A DNA stretch of 64,000 nt, taken from positions 1 to 64,000 of the forward strand of contig JAZDJN010000101.1 in NCBI GenBank assembly GCA_043803945.1. Reading direction: 5' to 3'. Position 1 is the stretch's first letter. Each line of letters begins with the position of its first letter. The notes under the pieces are model-generated. The model was not told where the DNA came from and searched no databases. It worked only from the letters and a program-made list of their open reading frames with translations. The DNA comes from a bacterium. GTDB taxonomy: Bacteria; Bacteroidota; Ignavibacteria; UBA10030. Below, in pieces: positions 61,801 to 64,000 of the stretch. Made by a program: the position numbers and the translations under genes.

Positions 61801-61842
61801 CAGAAGAACCGGCAACAGGATATGTTTATTGATTTTTGTCAT
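49888..61842 (-). CDS. Giant secreted DUF11-repeat protein with SdrD-B-like and two OmpA-like domains (3984 aa)
   Basis: Signal peptide; about 24 K..GD..Y.I...N.G..D..P..W..N repeats; GKVFFDRN..GDDGKYS; two GHTD..LS..RA..NRRVE domains. Confidence 0.9.
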   Translation of the reverse strand: MTKINKHILLPVLLLLCMVSSNVVFSQTAAGTQIDNICTVQYSTISGVNLTAQSNIASVFVATVHNLSVQKQSSMSTATTNDFITYTITVKNGGNGVESNVPVVDTVPVELVVVSAPGATISGNTVTWSVASLAQNATSTYSLTARMKGGIAVGTIVSNSVQVTDNAGTTYSALATFSALTPLVPVFSVSKTASVNNPMPGDALTYTIAVKNTGPIEVTQLVVSDPLPAQLQLTSAAGATISGNTATWNVGTLAVGATTTLSVQATVLSSVAAGTTITNTATGKDSTNLNISSSAAVTVSAPPTPVFTISKTASVNNPLPGDAVTFTITVKNTGTVAVNQLTVVDVVPAQFSLTSAAGATITGNTATWNLGTLAVGATSTLTIQASVLTSVAGGTIITNTATATDDNNISVSSSTSISTATPASPLFTISKTASVNNPLPGDAIAYTITVKNTGSVAVNQLTVVDSLPAQLSLTSAFGATVSGNTATWNIGTLAVGATSTVTVQATVLSSVAGGTTITNTASATDVNNTSLNASVDITTVTAGTTTFTVSKTVSINNPLPGDTVTYAIVVRNTGTNPVIQVAVIDLLPVELQLVSASGATIAGNKAAWNIDTLAVGASRSFAIQAAVLSSVAGGTTITNTATATDVNNVSVSSSASLTTQTPPLPVFTVSKTVSVSNPMLGDTIVYTIVTKNTGSVPVNQLTIVDALPSGLQMISAAGATVSGTTATWNLGTLAVGATSTLTIEAKVLSSVAGGITITNTATATDINNTTVSSSADVTTQTPPAPVFTVSKTVSVNNPMPGDAVVYTIVVKNTGSVPVNQLTVVDTIPATMQLQTAAGATISGSIATWNLGTLAVGATSTLSIQATVLASIAGGTTILNTATATDVNNTTVSSSASAITQTPPSPVFTISKTASVNNPLPGDALTYTITIKNTGSVSVNQLTLVDALPAELQLTSATGATISGNTATWNLGTLAVGATTTQTVQATVISSVAGGKTITNTATASDVNNISVSSSASVTTQTPPSPVFTINKTASVNNPLPGDTVLYSITVKNTGSVAIIQLNVVDALPAQLQLVSAAGATIAGNTATWNLGTVAVGTTISLQLNAKVLTSVAGNTTIQNTANATDAAGTTVSASASIITITPGSTAFTLSKTASISNPLPGDTLTYTITAKNTGTLAVNQLTIVDVVPAQLQLIAASGATIAGSTVTWNVGTLAIGVGSTLTLRASVLSTVAGGTSITNTATATDVNNTSVSSSATVITQTPPSPVFAVSKTSSVTNPVAGDTITYSIVVRNTGSVPVIQVVVTDAVPSGMQLVSASGSTISGNTATWNLGSMAVGAVQTLTLKASILSTVTPGTSITNTVSVKNVNNTTVSSSASIVTITLPFRSFTLNKVASSSTVLPGDDVTYNLILRNNGTANLSQLTVVDSLPAQLILQNAVGAVVSGNKATWTVSSLGVGATTTLQVSARIQAGTPSETSITNMASAKDNTGLTQTASAQITVGTTPPPPKPLLSIKKLVSKSSAVGGENVEFRIAIQNIGSAPLSNVVIVDTVSSKFTTVTSAKGTVTPAGTAALVKYTISNLPIGSIDTLKIQASVSLSITNTEVVENTAYGSSSDTSPIQSKVSLQVKPFVPVTQMRLTKQASIDTVNASDTYSYLIRVENIGNIPLTKISLADTLNAALIAPVFVSNNARIAGNLILYTRDTLRINQSDSVSVTVRVLTENTSGKTITNVAYAGASGLSGMIPSNTVKVATRIVVPPPTPKLSIQKTVSPDTTIGGGTVTFRVIVANTGTVTAKGVIVSDTLNALLTSVKASQKVMLNGNVVTYQLDSLQAGKQDTIVVTANLSLSVASGQIVRNTAYAGAQQVTPVSSSAAVRTIAAQPSFTITKVATPSNPKAGEEVFFSINVINTGNVPLTNIVVVDSLSSMLLNSRASTFSANSKKTSDASELQQFVIDNLAVGATSSISIIARVSPDLNDGQLILNTVYAKPNETGMKSATTTITVSAKRGMAFRKQVLPVEARKGDTVTYTLKVQNTGELPLATVRVSDVLPVGLAFLSATGNPQVSGANISWIKDTVRVGADETYLILAVVTTSENTTLVNNATAGASLIQGQSAQASLLIKNVQYKLELTKKASQDTVDIGGLYFYTIRLTNKGWAPLTGISVLDTLPSQYIDLLSDAGTAGQREQIVTYSKELLNPGESFQFEIPVRVLPTVKENQTIINDVWASANELVAPSTDNGTSLAGYIWYEAEAIVYIRGTSTGSGTHPQIALRKSVSKDSVDLSGTVLYTIILENTGDLTLKNITLVDTLSSKLRSVAVFPGAQVNNNIITYLRDSLRVGQRDTLFIQAQVDSSVTANQQVSNTAFAGARELGGEWKRSTAVFVTKKQGGGVVLVPQLSISKSVSLDTVELGGTVLYTIILENTGDLTLKNVELVDTLSSKLRSVAVFPGAQVDNNIITYRRDSLKVGQRDTLFIQAQVDSSVAANQQVSNTAYAGARELGSELKRSTAIFVTKKQGGGVVLVPQLAISKSVSLDTVELGGTLRYTIVLHNTGEVKLTNISFVDTLAAEILGVSVSQNAALANNIVTYQLDSLSVGKRDTVFIDARLKQDAPVNTRILNTVTAQAKELPGEVRRAQAIFITRKPTGGSGSGDDLEVWKYAEREVVTVGENANYRIIFQNKSDHTIYNVSILDTLKAPLVPVSVSNNAALANNIIAARRDSMLSLQRDTIFVVATVPSDRPHNEQIPNIAYGYIDTTRADTGRAVIWTRAIVVDKSCAIHLRVTPLLVIGNGIQAASIEAFVADTLGNPKPDGSIVHFKTDIGFYSNGLDSMAVPTKNGYAIDSLRALISSNSIVTAKAVVSVSESDLCNASSSIDIVFYPGAIAGEIMDNETEQPVEGALVEVFTSTGQFVGSQITLQDGHYMIPVPKTDNYRVVITVLDRFGVPVPVRSIVRVEVPGTGGHPPVLNRSFISGKVYFIVSGQPVAGQYIKVYLHRIVDQRPAKVPSALEYSTLLDSTITDTLGMYLFGDLPQGKYEISIHDGLLEGTVRTSLPDSGHYVLNVNIPIILNPEVAFVKNGPAEANAKDTVTYSVSLTNIGRIATTNTIVVDSLDRRMRFISATNGGGYDSLNHRVVWSIGKLDSVGGAANKFSASVTVRFADSLKGLLTLVNRAVVTSNEAYPMTSIVNTKVLVPELQIVKIALKKMVEVGDIVTYQIRVTNRTTGLTLTDVQVADRIPFGFRYVENSAYRGTVKLPEPTGTRELRFLVADSIAPNETIEFMYRLVVGAGGIESDGINTATAFANALNKVIVSSASAVEQVQIQRGLFTERGVIIGKVFFDRNRNAHQDFGEVGIKGVELITEGGIRIVTGDDGKYSIPDIEPGEHVIMVRKASLPKFSNLIVGYNEFAGDPASRFVKLPASGIARADFYLEDLTPTIVWEPVFLRKTVAASGELTIRRIAEPQNLVFTQEERLPDLTLSGLNFEVGKAVLKPAAFSLLNQLGKQLRENARTRVVISGHTDWSPINTKEFKNNFELSDGRANAAKNYLVNVLGCTPEQITTRGYGETRPIASNTTVQGRANNRRVEFDIQTEQERVQNLDTLSVTIQLPISYRGSASISKIEIQDQLDKGYQFVEGSGKLNGTPLKASVQDQSVVWSIEGIGRSFKKTLEYKLNVVTPRSDRVTLKSRTQKVTYWIGNDAVTITDTLVTRTETAIGIRSRNSNYVLSGILFNEAQSAIIDTNITALKIASIMLTQDRKAQVIIEGHTDSREAGEKGESAAMSLSMARAHTVAKYLRSSYGINPEKIKPMGFGSKRPVAANSTPVGRQSNRRVEMRILRNIFVNGVFAEGGIDSTGVASRRLVPKAGRDQFDSTMTVSKGQRLFMHLELNRSAATMAEQTVVVDSLAKGLQLVPNSIYKLKGVADVTTVGNTLTIQCGSEETTVLLFEVEVTDEVAAKGSLISRMTIQRQQKTGEKRQEDAQPFMLQVKTQ
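58011..61300 (-). repeat. Intragenic tandem repeat, 360-nt (120-aa) period, about 10 units
   Basis: Equivalent (V/I)..NP codons recur at 58011, 58371, 58731 ... 61251, exactly 360 nt apart. Confidence 0.9.
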
Positions 61843-61855
61843 TTATTTCTAGGCC

Positions 61856-61882
61856 CGGAGTCGGGCAGCAAGCCCGGCTCCG
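61856..61882. promoter_or_regulatory. Strong intergenic hairpin without U-tract
   Basis: CGGAGTCGGGC-AGCAA-GCCCGGCTCCG between the 582-aa and 3984-aa genes. Confidence 0.65.
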
Positions 61883-61896
61883 AACATTACAAATAA

Positions 61897-63645
61897 CTAC
61901 TTCACAGTTACTTGAAACTTAAACCATACTTGTGTGCTAGCTGTCGTTGGGCCAGCTAGAGGGTTTTTTAGTGTAACCACAAGGTTTGGAGTGCTCCAAG
62001 TTACATCCGCATCAGCATTCGTTGTGGCTCCAGCAACAAACGCTGGGAAGGATACCCAGGCTGAGCCGCCATCTATTGAACTCTGAAAAGTTCCTGATGT
62101 TGTAATGAAATCAACGTACCCCGTTGGTACTGCGTCATTGATCGCTACTACGTATGCAGGCGCATGTCCAGTGTTTTGAATTTTGATTGTATATGTAATA
62201 ACATCACCAGGTAATGGATTTGCTGGTGAAGCAATCTTTCCTACTACGAGCAGCGCCTTTAACGGTGTGGTAACACCTGTTACCGCCTGTGTCTGCGTTC
62301 CCGTTTGGGCTGTACCAGTCCAGGTAATAGTCACAGGTGTAAAATCTGTCGCACCGAATGGGATGTATGGAGCTACCCAAAACTCAACCGTACCACCACC
62401 TGAAGCCGGAACAGTGACAGTTACATTACCACTGTTATTGATCCAGGTGAACTTAGCGGCATTCGTTGAATCCAGGGTTGTTTGGGCACCTACAGGAGAC
62501 CAGTTCGACATCCACCAAGTGCCATCGTTTGAAATGACGACGTTGGTTGCTGCACTACGGTTGTTTGAGAGCACAACCCGATACACAACACCTGCCGAAA
62601 CCTCATTGGAAGCGCTCGCTGTTCCAGCGAGTGATCCCTGGAGAGTACCGCTATAGTACGCCTGTATTTGCATCGTAAATCCACGCGATGTCCACGCGGC
62701 GGTGGCGTCAACAGTAGGAGATTCAGCTCTAGTATGTTGAGTGCTCTGATTTGAATATGTTGCTGCAGTAGTGTAGTTAACTGCCGATCCATCACCAGCA
62801 GAGACCGTACCGGTAAATGTTAATGTTACCGAAGCACCCACTCCTAAACTTGGAATAGTCCAGGTTCCACCACTATAAGTTCCATTTATTGAGCTAACTG
62901 AGGTAAGACCTGTAACCGTTAAAGGAATAGTAGTATTTCCATACGTGGCTTTGTCGCCATTATTCGTGTAGGTTACTGTATAGGTGATCTGTTCACCAGG
63001 AACCGGATTTGCCTCTGAGGTTGTCTGCCCAGTGACCGCGAGAATTGCCCGATCAATTGTAATATGATCGGTTCGTGGAGCTGGATTATTACCATCACCA
63101 GTCTTTGCAGTAAAGTCGATTTGATTATCATCACTAATAGTAACACCAGCAGGAACAGTAACGACGGCCCAGATCTTTGTCGTGACATCAGAAGTTTGCT
63201 GATTTCCCCCCACTGTCTGTGCAATTGCTACAACATTGCCACCACCACCTAATAGTGGCTCCGTACCAGCAAATGGAACTACTCCGTTAGCATAGTAGTA
63301 GGTTATCGTCCAAGGACTACCCATTGATTGCACGGCTGTGATGGCGATATTATCATCATCATTCCCAGTATTCGTGACATTGATTGGGATGGCGATGGTC
63401 TCATTGCCGTATGATGAATATGTAGCACCGGCATCGACTGAGACTCCGTATTTATGACCAACGGTTACGGAAATTGAAGCGACCTCGTTGGCGTAACTAT
63501 TGAGTCCTGTAACATCTTTATAAGAAACCGTAGCTGTATTCATAATCACGGTTCCAGCCTTAGTTCCAGATGCTACAAGTGTATGTGTTGAGAATACGAG
63601 CAGTAAGGCAAGTATTCCTAACAGCAGAACATTTGAGTGTTTCAT
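61897..63645 (-). CDS. Secreted Ig/DUF11 protein, putative fibre subunit (582 aa from ATG 63645)
   Basis: GGAG + MKHSNVLLLG signal peptide; N-terminal AGTVIMNTATVSY; C-terminal DUF11 domain ending at FKFQVTVK; ORF is open upstream to 63843. Confidence 0.8.
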   Translation of the reverse strand: MKHSNVLLLGILALLLVFSTHTLVASGTKAGTVIMNTATVSYKDVTGLNSYANEVASISVTVGHKYGVSVDAGATYSSYGNETIAIPINVTNTGNDDDNIAITAVQSMGSPWTITYYYANGVVPFAGTEPLLGGGGNVVAIAQTVGGNQQTSDVTTKIWAVVTVPAGVTISDDNQIDFTAKTGDGNNPAPRTDHITIDRAILAVTGQTTSEANPVPGEQITYTVTYTNNGDKATYGNTTIPLTVTGLTSVSSINGTYSGGTWTIPSLGVGASVTLTFTGTVSAGDGSAVNYTTAATYSNQSTQHTRAESPTVDATAAWTSRGFTMQIQAYYSGTLQGSLAGTASASNEVSAGVVYRVVLSNNRSAATNVVISNDGTWWMSNWSPVGAQTTLDSTNAAKFTWINNSGNVTVTVPASGGGTVEFWVAPYIPFGATDFTPVTITWTGTAQTGTQTQAVTGVTTPLKALLVVGKIASPANPLPGDVITYTIKIQNTGHAPAYVVAINDAVPTGYVDFITTSGTFQSSIDGGSAWVSFPAFVAGATTNADADVTWSTPNLVVTLKNPLAGPTTASTQVWFKFQVTVK

Positions 63646-63893
63646 AGTGAACTCCATTTGTGAAAAAGTTGAATTATGATTTATTGTTGTACTGTAATTC
63701 TGTTGAACATTGTGGTGCTTGTTACTCTCAATTCTATCCCTGATCGGTGGTGAAGAATCAGTGAATAGAGCTATGAACATTGGACCTGGAGATCGAGCTC
63801 TGTTGATCGGTGATCGCCTCGCTTGCATGATGATTGGTTCCATAATTGTTCTCCTTATATTTTTGTGTGATTAAGAAAAAGGATTACTGGTTC

Positions 63894-64000
63894 TCAGAAA
63901 ATTACTTTATACCGCACGGTTCGTTCTTCCCCGGGGTTGATGATCGATTTAAAAGCCCATTGAATTTCTTTCACTGGCTCACGAGCAGGAGGGGCTGCTG
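63894..64000 (-). CDS. 3' end of a DUF11-like protein (partial, continues beyond the window)
   Basis: Hand translation ..PVKEIQWAFKSIINPGEERTVRYKVIF*, matching the W....PGE...V.Y.V strand pair of DUF11. Confidence 0.6.
   Translation of the reverse strand, partial: AAPPAREPVKEIQWAFKSIINPGEERTVRYKVIF

Noticed and set aside
49888-61842. Diversity-generating retroelement target or RTX/autotransporter adhesin
   Set aside because: No reverse transcriptase, no obvious adenine-specific repeat pair, no GGxGxD repeats and no C-terminal autotransporter barrel.

Overview
Chromosomal 64-kb window from a Gram-negative bacterium, probably Ignavibacteria/Bacteroidota-like (inferred from gene set: EF-G2, bS22/COX24-type peptide, YfhL, SAM-II-controlled metH). 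1-28 kb: a surface-polysaccharide region (wzc, DegT-type aminotransferase, a decayed WbpB/WbpD-like pair, WbpA-like dehydrogenase) interleaved with about 13 toxin-antitoxin modules (six MNT-HEPN, two BrnT, RelE, DUF4258/YgiT, AbiEii, two nucleotidyltransferase pairs). Several toxins are disabled by internal deletions or nonsense changes. The intergenic DNA is a mosaic of palindromic repeat families into which 24-60 bp hairpin units are inserted without target duplication, nested up to four levels deep. 28-45 kb: mostly housekeeping genes. 45.5-46.7 kb: a frameshifted GIY-YIG gene inside an array of palindromic repeats. 46.8-64 kb: a co-oriented cluster of a large outer-membrane beta-barrel, a 3984-aa DUF11-repeat/double-OmpA protein, a secreted split-DUF11 protein and a partial acceptor-type DUF11 gene. 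I interpret this cluster as a candidate isopeptide-crosslinked, donor-strand-polymerised fibre system. All calls are from motif recognition by eye; no database searches were run.
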